Positions 39,871 through 54,715 are shown, counted from the stretch's first letter. The stretch is DNA of 64,000 bases from Lytechinus pictus (GCF_037042905.1 NC_087245.1:41790001-41854000); one strand, 5' to 3'. Notes: generated by a model not told the origin, from the sequence alone. Translations and numbers: made by a program.

Positions 39871-41428
39871 CAAACAGCCACATTCGTCAACAAAGTGACA
39901 CCAACACTGTCAGATTTGCAATGAAAACAGTTCTTGAGCGTGCGCTTAAATGCTTGCAGAAGTAACTAGACCTAAGTAAAGATTAAAAGGTCACAATTCG
40001 TCTGCGTATTGTGGGTATGCTTTTCATGCACCACTCTCTATAGAGGGTTGCGGATGCGTGAATTACCGCGAGTATAGTCTTTCAGTGCGTGGCGCATACA
40101 TGAGACGTATGATTACGAAGTACCGTTTCCAGTAACAAATTTATCGAAGTTGGAAGAATGTTCAGGCATTCATCCCTTCTTATTAAAGGGGTTCTCCACC
40201 ACACGGTCAACTTGGTCGGAATCTTTAATGAAACGGTGACAATGCATAGAAACTGAATGGAAGAAATTACTGCATTTTAAGGCTTACACTGTTTAAAAAA
40301 CAACATTGAAACGGGTCAGGGTCAAAATCAGTGGCGTATTGTGGTGCTGTTTTTTTTTTATAGCTTATGCGCTTTAACAAATTGTTGGGTTACTGGAAGT
40401 GTGGCGGTTTGTGCGTGTGCGTGAATGCATGCATGTGCGCGTGTGTGAGGGAGCTGGAAAGAGAGAGCAGGAAGATAAGAGAATTTGGAGAAGACAGAGG
40501 GAGAGAAAGGGGATACTTTTTATTAATAAAAAAATGAATACTCGGGTTTTTTTTCTCCATATTGCATGCGATAAGAGACCAAAAAGAATTCAGCATGGCA
40601 TGGCATGGCATGCTCACCCAATTGCGTACTTACCCATCATAGATTTACAACAGACTGCAAAATATAAATATTTCCGTTTTTTCATTTTTCAGCAGATGTT
40701 TCATTATATTGATTGATTAATTTTATTTTCAAAATGTTTTCTATTATTTATGCATGCCATGAGATATTTGCTGAAATTAGATAAAATTATGTTATGTTTT
40801 TGTTTCTTTGTTTATGTTCCTCAAATTGTATATTTGTTTTTGTACTACTTTTTTGTTTCAGACAAGAATATTGGCAGATGCCAATGATGTTCCAATAAAT
40901 TCATTTCATTTACATCAACAACAGTATCTAAATTTTCCACACTCGGAATCAAAAGCAATTTACAAAGTGGAAAAGTAAAGTATCGGTAGCTACGTGCACC
41001 GAAATGCTAACTTATATTACATGGTATGACACGGTTCGTCAGGTTTACCTTCTTGCTTGATATGACTGACCCTCTCCATTATGATATCCACATTCATTAA
41101 CTCTGAACTGCATTTCAATTCGAATCAATAATTGATGGTATTCATCAACAGTCATGCATGGCCAAGAAAAACATTTTGATCTCTCGATGTTTAAAAAATA
41201 GTTACTTGGCGCCGAGCCGCAGTGAACTCGCGTGGACTTGGTGTGAGGCACAGAGGAAGCACACCCGACGCCTCTTTGACACTTCATTCACGTCCGAATG
41301 CGCAATTCCATTTTCGAGTTTCACTAATGGTTTGTTATTCCCCCTGTACCTGGATGAATATTCCTGGGTCCTGCCTGACGAAGAGTTGCGATCAATCCGA
41401 TCAAACTCAGCCATGGCAATCCCTCAAG

Positions 41429-41616
41429 GGAGGCGCGATAGCTCAGTCGGTAGAGCGGGGGTTTCGTATTCCGGTAACCCGGGTTCGATTCCCACTTGGT
41501 GCGCTAGTGCCCTTTGGTAAGGCATTGATCCTCAGTACCAGGTCCTTCGGAGAGGACCTTAAGCCGTCGGTCCTCTGGTTGCTTGCTTACAAGCATTCAT
41601 GCTTTCTTAGCAATCA
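41429..41616 (+). mobile_element. tRNA-derived SINE (Thr-CGT-like head), copy 1
   Basis: A box tagctcagtcggtagagc, B box gggttcgattccc, followed by a ~110-bp non-tRNA body. Near-identical to the copy at 48115. Confidence 0.85.
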
Positions 41617-42648
41617 GGTAAAAAAATCACCACCAAAATCAATGTCACACTTTGTCAGGAAATGTTCCTTTGGGAACGACATGAGCAAGGAGCACGTTGA
41701 ACTATCAAGAGAATGCTGCTTACATGATGACACATCGCATTAATAACAACATTGCGAATACACATTCACATTTTAGATGTTGTGGTTATGGATTTCCATT
41801 GTTGTGGTTGATCGCATCAATCGCAGGTCTTTGCAAGGCCGGGTCCAGGTTTGCCCCTCTCTCGTCATGTCTAAGTAATGCAGGTAGATGGGAGGTAGTC
41901 ATTGCTTCGAATTATTAAACACAAATCTCCTCGGGGATGATGAGCATGTTCTGCCCGTGTTTGAAAGCAAGTCCGGTAAATGTTTACAATATTTATCCAA
42001 ACGTTTACACAATAGCCTTGCGCAAATGTTTTTTTTTCCCATTTGATTCTGGTTTGAAATTATAAGTTGACATAGGAACATTCATGCTAATCACAAAGAC
42101 GTCATAGCCAGCATAGACATAGAATATGTGATTGTACTTTAACGGATCGAATGGAAAAAAGCGATGTTCTCACGATACCTTCAGATCTTAATAGATAAGA
42201 AACATCATCCTCGGCATGTGTAAAAAAATGGACAAAATAAAGAAAATGAAATAATAGCATTAACATTGTGTGCCTTTACATGAATTGTTAAATCTCTTTT
42301 CAATTACTAAAAGAGAATATTTTTTTGAATTTACGCAGTCTAGAATTTGTCAATTCATCAATTTCTTTACAATCAAATAAGTGGAAAAAAATAATGGTGT
42401 GACGACAGAGGAAGGTTTGGGAGGGTTAGATAAGATGAAAATTCAAAGTGATTCGTCTAGGTAAGAATATAGAGGTTGCTTGTACTAAAAGTACACGTCC
42501 CTTTTATTTGATCCCAGAGTCCTTCCACGTACGAGCATGTTACCCGTGGTATTGAAGCCGTCTCCTAAACATCGGGTTACACTGTTTCATACGCTGTGTG
42601 CCTTCATAGAGGTTATAAGGTCCCCTCTCCTCCGTCCGTTTCTCTCTA

Positions 42649-43611
42649 CATTGCGTATCAAAAAAGTTTACACTTAGAAAACATCCTGTAAAATTATACA
42701 TTTGTAATATCCTGAAGATTTTTCCATATTTTAACATCGGTACACATTCATTTAAGCAAATGACGATATAACTGTCGAAAAATATTCTCGCTTGAGTGAG
42801 CACCACTTACTTTTGAAAAGTTAGTGAAAATGATTTGCGCACAAATTTGAAATAGTTATGCGAATAAAAGTAGACCTTAATCATGAAGAACACGTGGAAC
42901 TTAGCTAGTAGAATTGATTTGAGATATCTTTTACCTTTTTCAACTTGTTTCCTTGCCCAAAATACTTCGAAGAGTGCATTGCGCCCCACCCCACTCCCCC
43001 ACACATCGAGGCCATCGTGACGATATTTGCTTTACACTGAGCTGTGATTTACATGAAATGGCTTAGGCTTGATTTTCATTTTGGTAATCATTGTCAAGCT
43101 TGGAAAAAGTGTGGAGAACCAAGTATTATATGATAAATAAAATGTTAACCCACTTTGAATGATAAAAACTTAATGAAAAAATGCTTGAGATGTCTGATAG
43201 AAACTTTTGTTCAGATTCAGTTATGTCCTCAGATCCAGCTGGCGCAAAAAGGGTAAAAGGGTTGTGCTTACTAAGTGTTGAAATTTCAATTTGGGTGGCA
43301 AAATTGTTACAAAATGCTTGAATGTATCCGTTTTATTTCAATTGACTAAAAGTGCAAGGGAAATGTATGAGAACTGTTTTGAATGGTTAGTTTGATTTCG
43401 CCCTTTCCCCTTGACACAGCGTGAAAACGAGCATTTCTGCGCAAACATATTTCTGCGAGCTTTACGAAAATGGACAGTGCTCGCTCAAGTGTAACATTCT
43501 GTCAAAACTTTTACTTTCATTGGATAGATGAGACCCCATCCAAGATTATATGTGAAAAAATTGCCCATATGTTGCATATTTTTTAATCCTAGGGCTTTTT
43601 TATACGCACTG
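42649..43611. mobile_element. Tc1/mariner-like non-autonomous element
   Basis: TA|cattgcgtatcaaaaaag ... cttttttatacgcactg|TA; no transposase ORF. Confidence 0.8.
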
Positions 43612-44675
43612 TATAGGCCTAAGTTTTCCATGACGAAACGTCCCTCTTGGACAAAAACACATTGGACTTGAAAATAGCAAAGTGATACATGTAGGCCTAA
43701 CGCCAAAAATGACAAAATATCTACCTTAAAATGTCATTTTCATTTATCATCTAGACAGTGTCTATTTATTTCATCATCATTGCACAATAGTCTAAAAACA
43801 TTTTGTTGAAAAAAAGAACTATACTACGATTGCGTTAATTATAGAAAACACAACGCTTTCGGATGCCCCTCACTTCATCTTTTTTAACGACTTGTATTTA
43901 TTTGTAGGTCTCTCCGTTTCCTTCCCAATTAGGATTGGTTGCACTTTCATAAAGGTACTGATATCACGATATTGCGATTGATTGTTGCCATCCGTAGCCT
44001 TTTCAACACCGAAAGCTCCCGTGATAATCATTTCGGCACAACACGGTGGTATCCTTTTCTAATTATTTTGGGAAGATTGGAGTTTGGTATTATTCCCCAG
44101 CTTATCCGTTTCACCTTGGCGGGGATCTCGATGCATGCGTCTATCCCCTTGTCTCGATCAGACCCAAATGCTGCCATATTGGTAAACAAGCGTATCGTGT
44201 GACAGCAATTTCCCGCCAAATCTCAGTTGGTACTGCATCCTTGCACAGCCCTGGATATTGCACTCCCATAAGCACGATGAAATCCTCATTTTGCATTTTG
44301 GAAACAAGTAAGGATAAGACAGTGGGTAATGTTCACACCTGCGATTGCCTTGTTACAGCTTAAATGTATGTTGTAACAGTGGACGAAGGTGACCACAGAC
44401 TTTTGGCATTTTCTATGTACAGATATCTCACTCTCCATAAAAGTAACTAATCTGTTGGGAAATATGTATCTGACTTGACAGATGAAAATAGCGAATATCA
44501 ACAAACATTCTTGTATTTTTCGACAATAATTCTTTCTTATAACTTCATTTTTTTTCGGTCGTCCACATATCCACTAACGCATCAGTTATTTCATGGATAG
44601 GTGATGGATATTTTGACCAATCCTTTAAAATAGTGTAGAAATCATTTCCATAGCAATTGTAGCATATCGTGATAG

Positions 44676-44860
44676 CAGGGGCGGATCCAGGATTTTCCAA
44701 GGGGGGCACAGGCTTTCACCTAGAAAATCTAAGGTCTTTTCGTCCGCCAAAAAATTGAGAAGCGAAAAAAAGTCCTCGCTTCCAAAAGGGGGTGGGGGCA
44801 CAATTGGGTAAAAAGTTTGATTATGGCTCTCAAAGGGGCGGGGGCACGAGCCCCCTCCTT
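44676..44860. mobile_element. Partial hAT-like MITE (family of 2066/37675)
   Basis: caggggcggatccaggattttccaagggggg terminus; the other end is decayed. Confidence 0.6.
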
Positions 44861-47435
44861 TCTCCTTTATCGATGGAACTAGGTGAAAGCTCTTCATCGA
44901 TGGAACCAAACAAAAATAATGATAAATTCCCATTTCCAATGATTTTGAACCAGACGGCAGAGTCCCGTTTTAAAAAGACTTAAAAATAACGAAACAAAAT
45001 TTCAGCCATTCAAATCAAATGATTCAATGGCTTTAAACTACTATTGAAAATTTCAGATTGTAACAAGCTTTATGATCCTGGCCCCTGTGACGTTCCTGGG
45101 AAACCTTCTCATGAGTGGCAATAATATTCTGCCTACTTAAAAGGGGGATTTTTTTATCCGGGGGTTGTCTTTGTCCAATTTTTGTAATTTCACACAGTGC
45201 ATGTAATATTAAACTGTGCAGTATTATTACAGGTGTTCTCGAGAATAAGTCGCAGAAACCTTTGTTCTTTTATGATTTTTTTTAAAACATTGTTGATATG
45301 TATATCCCCTAAGAAGTATTGGGGGAATACAATAAAACCGACCAAAACTGCTCTTATTAAAGTAATCAAGTAAACACACCGGCAAAAAGAACCTAAAGAA
45401 ATTCAATAACAATATTTTATCCTCAAAGCAACATTCTAAATCCAATACGGTACATATCATGGGAATAGATAACTTGATTCTCTCGCTACATTGGACTTTT
45501 TTAAAATATATATTTAAGCGGTTGATTACAAGCAAACATTATTTTTTTTGTATTCAGTTGACGTGTTTTGACAGTTAAAACCATGATATTCTTTAGAGAT
45601 CTGTGAGTTTTACCTCGTAAAGAAATATAAAACTCATGTAATATTTTCATTTCCATCTAAGGTCTTCTTCATAAATCATTTCAGCAATAATTAGATCCTC
45701 TGTCGATGCTACTGTACTCTAAAATTGTTTCGCAAAATATTATTGTCAGAAGAGCTTATGAAGATTTGAGTGAAGGAAAAATAAACAATGGAGCAGAAAA
45801 GTCACTTTTACTTTAAGAAATTATTGTGATTTCATGAAGGAAAATCCAATCAAACCTGAAAATCGATCAACATTTTTGCAATAACGTTACTGCAATTTCG
45901 AACTCAAGGTAGAGTACTCCTTGGTACAAGCAAAAATAAACAAATGAATTTTGAATTCATTTCATTTTATTTGTAGTTACTAGTGAAATTATATTAGGTT
46001 CTGTCGATCTACGAAAAAATATCGATGGTCGATCTGACGGAAAAAGTTAAAGAATGGGAAATGCTATAAGAACAGGCCTACTCTGTAAAACACTGCTCAT
46101 TACTTTTATTACTATTGTATAATTATTATCAAACAACCAATGTGTAAATTTTTGTGTAAATGTATTAAGGTTTATAAAGTGAGACAAAATTTTGTAACAA
46201 AAAAATGAACCAATAATAGTGCAAGAAATTTCAAAGTTTGAATAAAATCAGTTAAGTTGGATTCTAACATGAATGGAATATGTGAAAGTAATAATTCGTG
46301 TGTTGCGGTATCATGTGGGCGCACCTTCATGATTTTAATACGCTGGCAGCAAGAAAAACAACATAAAACAAGCCAAAATAGCTTGTAATAAAGTTGCAGT
46401 GAGAGTAGATTCACGGTCGAAATGAGAAATCGATCTGATATCGTTTACGCCTTTAGGCAATACTTGGATATTTTTTTTTTACCAAAATGCATTTTTAATC
46501 AAAACGCAGTAGCTAACAGTTCGCAGTTTCAGACTTAATAAAACCTGTAATAGCCATGTTTCCATTTTTTTCCATTTGAAATAGAGTGTACGAACACACA
46601 AGGTTGATCTCATCAATACATTATTCAGAGGGGCTCATTTACATTAAAGAAGTTCAATCATAAATGCTTGAGCAGCGTAATATGAGAAGTTCGTATACAG
46701 CAAGTATATAGCTTGTTTGCCTCTTGATTCTTTTTCGTAATAAAAGGTTCTGATGAGCAAGACTTCCATTTAACGACGGGTTTGATGGGCGATCTATGAA
46801 ACTCAAACCGCGTCACGATAATAATAATGGTGTCATGTCTTGCCAAGGCGCACTCCCCATCACTCATCACCGCATCTCACTGGATATACTGGCGGAGAGG
46901 CGACACAAGCTCCGCCACAACAACACAGCCTGGTAGAAACAGAAAGATGATAGCACTTTGCTATGGCATGGCGTATGCACACACAATCTATACCATCCTG
47001 GTCTAACATAACAGTCTCCAAAATGGGTTTTTGTCAAACGTTTTGCTCGAGCAGAATCGGAACTCGAGATGTTGAAAATTACAAATAATAAGAACAGCGA
47101 CGAATATAAATTGTGTCCAGTACATTTAATCAGATCCATGATTTAATGCAGAATGGTGGAATATCACCGACGATTACCTAACATGTGGAGTGGGTGCGTA
47201 GGAATTACTATTAACATTATTAAGAGTGGTTCCTTTTCGTATCAACTAACACAGTCACGTCACAGCTTATTTCGATTAAGAACGCTCTGACTTAGATGCC
47301 ATACTTAAAAAAATACATATAGCACTGTATCCTTTCATACTGTACTCACTACAAGCTTTTAATAGCCCACATGTTTTATTTTAAGAATAATACAAAACCT
47401 AAAAAATACACTATAGGCAAGCTTACTCATCTACC

Positions 47436-47611
47436 CATCGGCGGCGGAAGCCAAAAAATTTAGGGGGGACGACCTGAAATTGACAAGCGAAAAAACAACA
47501 AAATAATATTTAAAAAAAGGTTATCAACAAAAATTTTAGGGGGGGGTCCCCCACCTCAAATTTAGGGGGGCAGGACCCACTCCCCCCCCCCCCCCGCTTC
47601 TGCCGTCTATG
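47436..47611. mobile_element. hAT-like MITE with perfect 8-bp TSD
   Basis: TIRs catcggcggcggaagc / gcttctgccgtctatg; TSD catctacc at 47428-47435 and 47612-47619. Confidence 0.85.
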
Positions 47612-48114
47612 CATCTACCAAAGATAGTGTACATTGTAACACGCCCCATGTGTTCGCTCAGCGTTCTATCACTTTATCCATTGCAATCATATTAATTATT
47701 ACTGAATATGCAGGCGATCAACGTTTCACATCCTAAGTGATGGGACGTTTTCATGGGTATATGGGCAGCAATAGATCGGACAAAGGTGAAACTCCGCTCC
47801 AGACGCTGGAAGCAAGGAGATATCACCTCTATATCTCCTTGCTGGAAGTGGGTAAGGGAAGTTCAGTTGCTATGTGATGATAATGGTTGAAATAATTGAA
47901 AGATTTTGTGTAACATTGGCCTTTCTCTACTAGAATCTTGATGAACGTTGAAAACAATACACATAGGTTACCAAATTTAATTCCAAAATTACAATTTTAA
48001 AGGGCGAAAGTAATATTTAAGGGCAAACCGATGGAGATGGACGAATCTGAAATCAGTGTTAAACTTTTTTCCCCGTGATATTTAAGTCGTACAATTAGAG
48101 ACGTACAACACTCT

Positions 48115-48312
48115 GGAGGCGCGATAGCTCAGTCGGTAGAGCGGGGGATTCGTATTCCGGTAACCCGGGTTCGATTCCCACTTGGTGCGCTAGTGCCCTT
48201 TGGTAAGGCATTAATCCTCATTACCAGGTCCTTCGGAGAGGACCTTACGCCGTCGGTCCTCTGGTTGCTTGCTTACAAGCATTCATGCTTTCTTAGCAAT
48301 CACCAATCACCA
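48115..48312 (+). mobile_element. tRNA-derived SINE, copy 2
   Basis: Only about 4 differences from copy 1 over 188 bp; short caccaat tandem tail. Confidence 0.85.
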
Positions 48313-49024
48313 ATGATTAGCATGAAACATGGCAAACTTTGTCGAAGTTCCTATAAGACGTAACTTTTTAAATAATCTTTGTGAAGATAATTTAATACCG
48401 CGTTCATGTTGTAACTCGGTTCATGAATTGATCTGAGATTCTGTAATCGAAAAAAAATTAGCAACCCTTCAGAATTTCATTCCGGCATCGTGTTTCATTC
48501 AACTCTCTTTTTTCATGGCGTAACATCGAATCATATTGAAATCAACCATGCGCCTTAATCCATGACCTGGAAACCGGATCTGCTATGGTATATAGACGGA
48601 GACAGCGATCTACAGTAACCATATACTATTGCCTATTCGACGAATGATGGTGCAAGGCTGTGAAAAGATGGGGAAAACACGACAGGAATACATAGGGGTG
48701 GGACTTCGAACGCTGCATTGGCTAAGGGGATGGTGGTGAAGATATCAGACTGCTACAAAAAGGATAATAAATGGAGGAACGCAGGAAAGTGACACACACA
48801 CACAGTTTTCCATCAGGTTCTCAAGAGTTTGCTAATGTACTAATCCGAATTCCTCGTTGGTTTTCTTGCTTGTATATAAATACAGCAATGATATATTTTG
48901 TGTTGAAGATCCATAACCTTCTCCCAGTGTTATATTTGTAACCCCTATCTATTCTACAAGAACAAAAACAACAACAACAACAGTGAGGAAGGATTCCAAT
49001 AAAATTGAATGAAACAATTAAGGT

Positions 49025-49337
49025 AATGATGATATTCATAATGATGATAATAATGATACAATCCATTTGTATAGCGCAGCTACTATAATTGCATATACTC
49101 TACTGCGCTTGATACTTGGTATCATATTATTACGCCGGCTGTAGCTGAGCTACCGTACAGGCGCTAAAACAATCTAGGAATAAATACTACCGGGTACCTA
49201 TTCACCTCATCTGGGTCGAGTGCAGCACAATGTGGGTAAATTTATTGCTGAAGGGAAAACACGCCATGGCTGGGATTCGAACCCACGTCCCTCTGATTGA
49301 AAGACGAGAGTCGTAACCACTAGACCACGACGCCCCC
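49025..49337 (-). mobile_element. Full-length tRNA-derived SINE (Glu-TTC-like head) with LINE-like 3' tail
   Basis: Minus strand reads gggggcgtcgtggtctagtggtta...ctttcaa...gggttcgaatccc, then body tgcactcgacccagatgaggtgaataggtacc and tail gcgctatacaaat plus an (att/atc)n tract. Confidence 0.85.
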
Positions 49338-49823
49338 ACAAACAATTTATTCATGATAGTAGTTACTGTAGGCCTACATGCTGTATTTTTTTTCATTTTA
49401 AGATGGACGGGTCATCCAAACAAACAAACAAACCAAAGAAAGGAAATATTTCCTATATGTTAAATCTATTTATTGATATACTTATGGGAAATTAAAGTGA
49501 AATCTGACATCTTGTAGAAAGTGCATTTCCCAAAATGGAAAAATTTCACTCCTATACCGTCGATTACAGCTTTTGAAAATGATGAAAAATGAGACATTAA
49601 ATGCCACCGTTTCACCGACCCGAAACCGACTTCAGACCGACCATATTGTACACTATTTCCAATTGCATATCATTAAAACGGTTTGGAGTCGGTTTCGTTA
49701 ATTGGTGTGCCGGTAGCATTCAGAAAACACAATTGAGTGGATGGCCCGCATTGGAACCGTCCTTGCTGTCCATCGAAACGGATTCTTTCAAGCTAAACTA
49801 CAACGTTCACCCGCAGAGGACCT

Positions 49824-50000
49824 GGATGTTGTTTCATAAAGCTGTTCGTAAGTTAAGAGCGACTTTAAGCACGACTGGTGGACCGTTCCTACGCTCTAAA
49901 GAATTGCCAGTGAACATTTAATGGTCAATATCATTTACCACAAGAAAGGATCACCAGTCGTTCTTAACTAACGATCAGCTTTATGAAACGCCCCCCCCCC
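49824..50000. mobile_element. Palindromic MITE, same family as 25062-25235, opposite orientation
   Basis: Shared arms, with the spacer inverted relative to the first copy. Confidence 0.8.
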
Positions 50001-53000
50001 CTGATTTCTAGGTCATCTTCACGTACAGCACGCCTTGTGATTTGATTGCCCCTGATCGGACTGTTTGCAATGCAAGTAGACGAAACAACACCCTAGAATG
50101 GCGGGGTCCTGTGAAACACTTTAGCCTCCATCATCCAGAGCTTCTGCTCCGTGGTGTCCTTTTTCTGTTCATAGTTTATCGAACAAACAATGTCGGGAGC
50201 TATCATTACGAGGAGGAAGGCGGCAGGGAGATGGAGGAACGTCGAAATAGAGACAGGGGGGGTTGTATCCGGTTACCTCACAAGCAAGAAGTGTGGGATG
50301 GCATCCAGGAGAACGATAGGATGAGACAAGGTTATAGCTTACGAGGGTATATCAGGAGTTTGGTTCATATTTTCTTCTCGATCTACAACAGCAAGCCTAT
50401 ACGCTTGTGCTCCTTCATAGACCAAAGTCGCCAGAAACTGACGATAATTTAATGGGAACATCCCTCGATTAGCCTACATCTTTTTGCGATTAGTGACGCG
50501 AATATTCTGCAGAGGTTTTAAGAGTGTTTATGAATAATTTGCACTTTTTGTAATAATCATTGGTTTTATTTATCATTATTGATATTGACATCACCACTAT
50601 TACTAATTATTGTTATACATATGTTTTAATATTTTTATGTTATTTCCATCATCATTATCATTATTATCATTGCTATTTACGAAAAAGACGCTGGACTGTC
50701 ATCTCATAACTAATGACAACTAATTAGGATTAAAGATATCAAACAGGTCCAACACGAAAAAAAAAACGAAATTGGACGTCAAGTGAGAAATTTAACGCAA
50801 ATCTTGGTTAGTTTAAGTCATTATATCTTAGGTCAAATTGTAGGTAGTATGGTGAATGTGAAGGTTCAACAGTTTTTTTAACTTGATTTCTTTTCTTTTT
50901 TCATGAAATGCATAATTGTTGGTAGATTTAAGCTATTAATTGTTTAACAATGTTTCGCTTCAATATCAATATCACATTTTTAAAGGATAAACAAATGAAC
51001 ATTGTTGGAGGAAACAAATATGATGATTATTCTCATGAAAAATGTGACAGTAGGTCATCAACGGCAGCCTTATCAGTATTATGCTTTGAATATGGAATTT
51101 ATTCACTAAAATATTGATGGGGGATAATCCGGTCTTCAAATTAAGGAATGGCTGCAAAATGTGTCAAGAAAATCAATGCCCACTTAAAATCATGATGTGC
51201 GCCATTGTGCACTGCAGGGTTTATAAAGTGATTTTGTATTAAAGGACTAAAGAGGTTTTGTTGCCGTGATTGCATATTTATACGATTCAGGTTAACAGGA
51301 TTTGTGAGATTATCCTCGGAGATGCATTGATCTCTGATTAACCCCAGAAACACGGGGGAGTTTCCATTCAACAATATATGTACATATAAGTTTTCGTTAA
51401 TTCCAATGATTAGAAATATCAATATCAGCACTTCGACATTCATGGATCTACTTTAAGATAATACTGACAAAACCAAGAATGAAATCGTGAGAGCTCCAGT
51501 CTCCATCTGCACAGCCCTGTAATGATGATAACAAATGAATGAATAGATTGATAATAATAATAATAATAATAATCTCCAGGGGTTAGTATTTTTGGTTCAA
51601 TCATTGTACTTTTTCGCCTGCATAATTTTCCTCGAATTATATTAAGTATTTTCCCCGTAAAATATATGCCAGAATAAAACCATAAAATGCCCTTATATAT
51701 ATATAAATATATTAGGGCATGTTCGCTTCGTGCTCTACGAAATTTCCAAAATATACAGTTTAAAAAATTCAGTCCCTGAAAGATTAGGCTACATGTATAT
51801 ACTATGCCACTGTCTTACCGTTTCCTTAAACAAGTATTTTCATGAAATCTGCGAATCATTTTTTTTCTGATAAGGGTTATTCACTAACCTCAGGCATCAC
51901 AGAGTGTAAAATAAATTATCCGATATAACAGTATAAGGAACAATGTCATTTTTTTATAACGGACCGCGTAAGACAAGTATTTCGAATCTATTCATCATGT
52001 TCATATTCCTCGATAGTATCATTTCGAAAATTCGGAACTTAAACACTGAAAGAAAAACTTTTATATAAGGGGGTTTGCTTTGACAATCGCCGCTTGTTAA
52101 TCTTGTAGCATTCAAGGTCAAAGTCAAATAGTGTTGAAAAGGTAATAATGAAAGCATCATAATGAGTTTTTGGTTCGGCAGCAAATAAAATAATGCTCGA
52201 ATGGTCGACGAGATTGACAAGAGAAGAGATTGGGCCCACAGCGCTCATCAAACAAATTGACTGGGAACTTCAATATTTGCGGCTGCAGAGCGTTTGTATT
52301 TTGCTAATATATTATTTTGTCGTCGAAATTTTTAAGATCCATAGTGGATCGAGCAATTACCTTTTATATATCCTTCACTTATTTGCTCAAACAATCCGCG
52401 AAGCGAGGTGTAATGGCTCGGACAGGGTAATACAAACTTGAGGATGAATGAAAATTGTATGTTTATTCAGTAAATAGCATTTTATTCTATTCAGGTTACG
52501 GAAAAGAAATAAAGAGTCCTCAAGGTAGGAATGAAAAAACACAAAAGGAATGAGTATTAAAGAGCCATTAATTGAAGACTCCTCAAGGATGAAAAACAGA
52601 ACCCCCCACACCACCACAGAAAATGAAGGTAATCAAATATGGCACGAAGGTGGACGGGGGGGGGGTGGGGTTATCGAGGGATGGATGGATAAGTGAGACG
52701 CATAATTCGTCTTACTTTTCTGAATATCAAATAGGTTTTTTTCCTACTAACATGATTTTATTCATACATCATTCTAACAAATGAAATGTTATTCAACAAT
52801 TAAAATGTTGGAGGAGTGACAAACCTTTTCCAAATGTTACATCCTAGCTTGCATAAAGCTGAATCAATCAATACATGTGTTTTGTCGAACCATTTAAAGT
52901 GATAAATGCAACAATTAGAAGATAAAAAATATTGTTGATTTAACATTTCATTTTTAGAGTGATGTAACATCGTGAACATCAGAATCTTATGTCTCCACTA

Positions 53001-54369
53001 AAACATCGCATTCAATTACGATGTCAATTTGATGTATCCTATTGGATTTGGGTGCTTTTTTTGTAAATGTCATCTTTAGATACGTCGTAATATATTTCAA
53101 CCCTTGATCTCTCTCTCTCTCCATAAGTTCTTTTGACAGGAATTCGCCGAGGATGGTTAAGGAATGCATAATCCATGTACATTTTTAAAATTGCAAGAAT
53201 TGCTGCCTATGGCTCTGTCAGACGTGAAATCAATTTTTGGTGAATTCTAGACAGTACTCACGGTAAAGAAAATCTCTTGAATTTGAACGGTCGAGCGCAA
53301 TTATCATGAAGAGGGGTAACCAAATACCTTGGCGTCAGGAGGAAAAAGCTAAAAAACATCCGCTTAAAATTGGCATGAATAATGGATTTCGGGGATTGCG
53401 TCAAGCCATTTTTCATCCCGTATCTCTCAATTATTCAGAGCCAACGGCTAGATTAAATGAATTTTGCTGGTGGGTAGCTTTTCCATACCATAATGAAAAT
53501 AAAAATACATGCCATTTCATATATAAAACTTCGAATTTGATTTCAAGGAGATTACATGAAAGGATCTTGTCCCTCTCTCGTGGAGATTATTGTGATGTAA
53601 TTTTACATTTTAGGCAAGTAATTTGGAAGAAATCGAATAAAAAAACGGTGAAAAAGGACGCTTGATTAATATTAAAAATATGTATATATTAGATAGGTCT
53701 ATGCTATGCATGAAGGCATGCTTATTGGGTTTTTGTACCATTTTATACTGCATCATGCAAAATGTCATTACATGTATCGTAATAGTCCTTTTCTTGTTAC
53801 CATATACAGAGAACAGTGGTCTTCTAACTTGTGACTCCTCAAATACATGAGTCCCATATTATGTTTCGTACAGGGGCGATCATGTCCCAGGGACCAACGG
53901 GTCCCAATATTACGAAATTGCATTGTTGAGACCGTCGTCCATGTTTATTGTTTTTTCTTTTTAGAAATCCTTATCATATAAATGTGGAGAATCTATTGCG
54001 GGGGGTACACTATAGAGAGTAATAAATATGAATCAGAACATTGCAATTTAACCTGATATTCTTTTCTTCCCAAATATGGGACATTGTTGTTAAATATGAA
54101 GATATATATAACGTGCCTGTACTTAAATACCCCCTCTCTCCCTCTCTTTCTATCTCTATCTACTTTGTATTCCTCGTTGAGTCCAAGGTTAAAATCAACA
54201 ATGAAAACATAGACGTCAGAGCTGAGAACAAATTGATATCATTGATGGCAATAACAAACAAACGAAGGTCCGTATAAACGTCACACACGTGCAAAGAAAA
54301 TATGAGCTCAGGGCTTGTTTTGCCGATTGACAGCGGGCTTAATATTTCGGAGATTGTAATGTCATTCGC

Positions 54370-54715
54370 GGTATGGTGGTGATGTTGGTTTTGTTTTCTT
54401 TGATGATGGCGACGACGACGATGGTGATGATGACGATGATGAAAATAATGATATTGATGGCGTTGATGATAATGATAGAAATTGCAATCCATTTTAATCA
54501 TTATCATGATGATGATAATTATTACAATAGCACTAGCGTTAGCGTTGCCTTGGCTGTTTAGGCAAGTTAATGATGGTGATTATCAATTTATCACAACGAT
54601 GATGGTTCTGATAAAGGTGATGATAATAATGATTATGTTGATGACGATGATGAGCATGATGATATATGTGATAGTGATGCTCATTTTTGCGTGTAATAAA
54701 GATGATGTTATTAAA
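54370..54715. repeat. Degenerate (GAT)n microsatellite
   Basis: Direct observation. Confidence 0.85.

Noticed and set aside
41432..41505. tRNA-Thr(CGT) gene (also at 48118)
   Set aside because: The acceptor and T stems pair poorly, and both copies continue into a shared non-tRNA body, so these are SINE heads.
41045..41743. Cluster of overlapping ORFs up to 173 aa
   Set aside because: They partly run through the SINE, have no recognisable homology, and the channel needs no additional exon.
43860..44500. Possible transposase/RT fragment
   Set aside because: Coding-like composition but multiple stops and no motif I can recognise; needs BLASTX.
49265..49337. tRNA-Glu gene on the minus strand
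   Set aside because: No proper acceptor stem; it continues into a SINE body and tail.
50042..50452. 136-aa ORF as a gene or Harbinger transposase piece
   Set aside because: Non-ATG start, no recognisable domain and no splice support.
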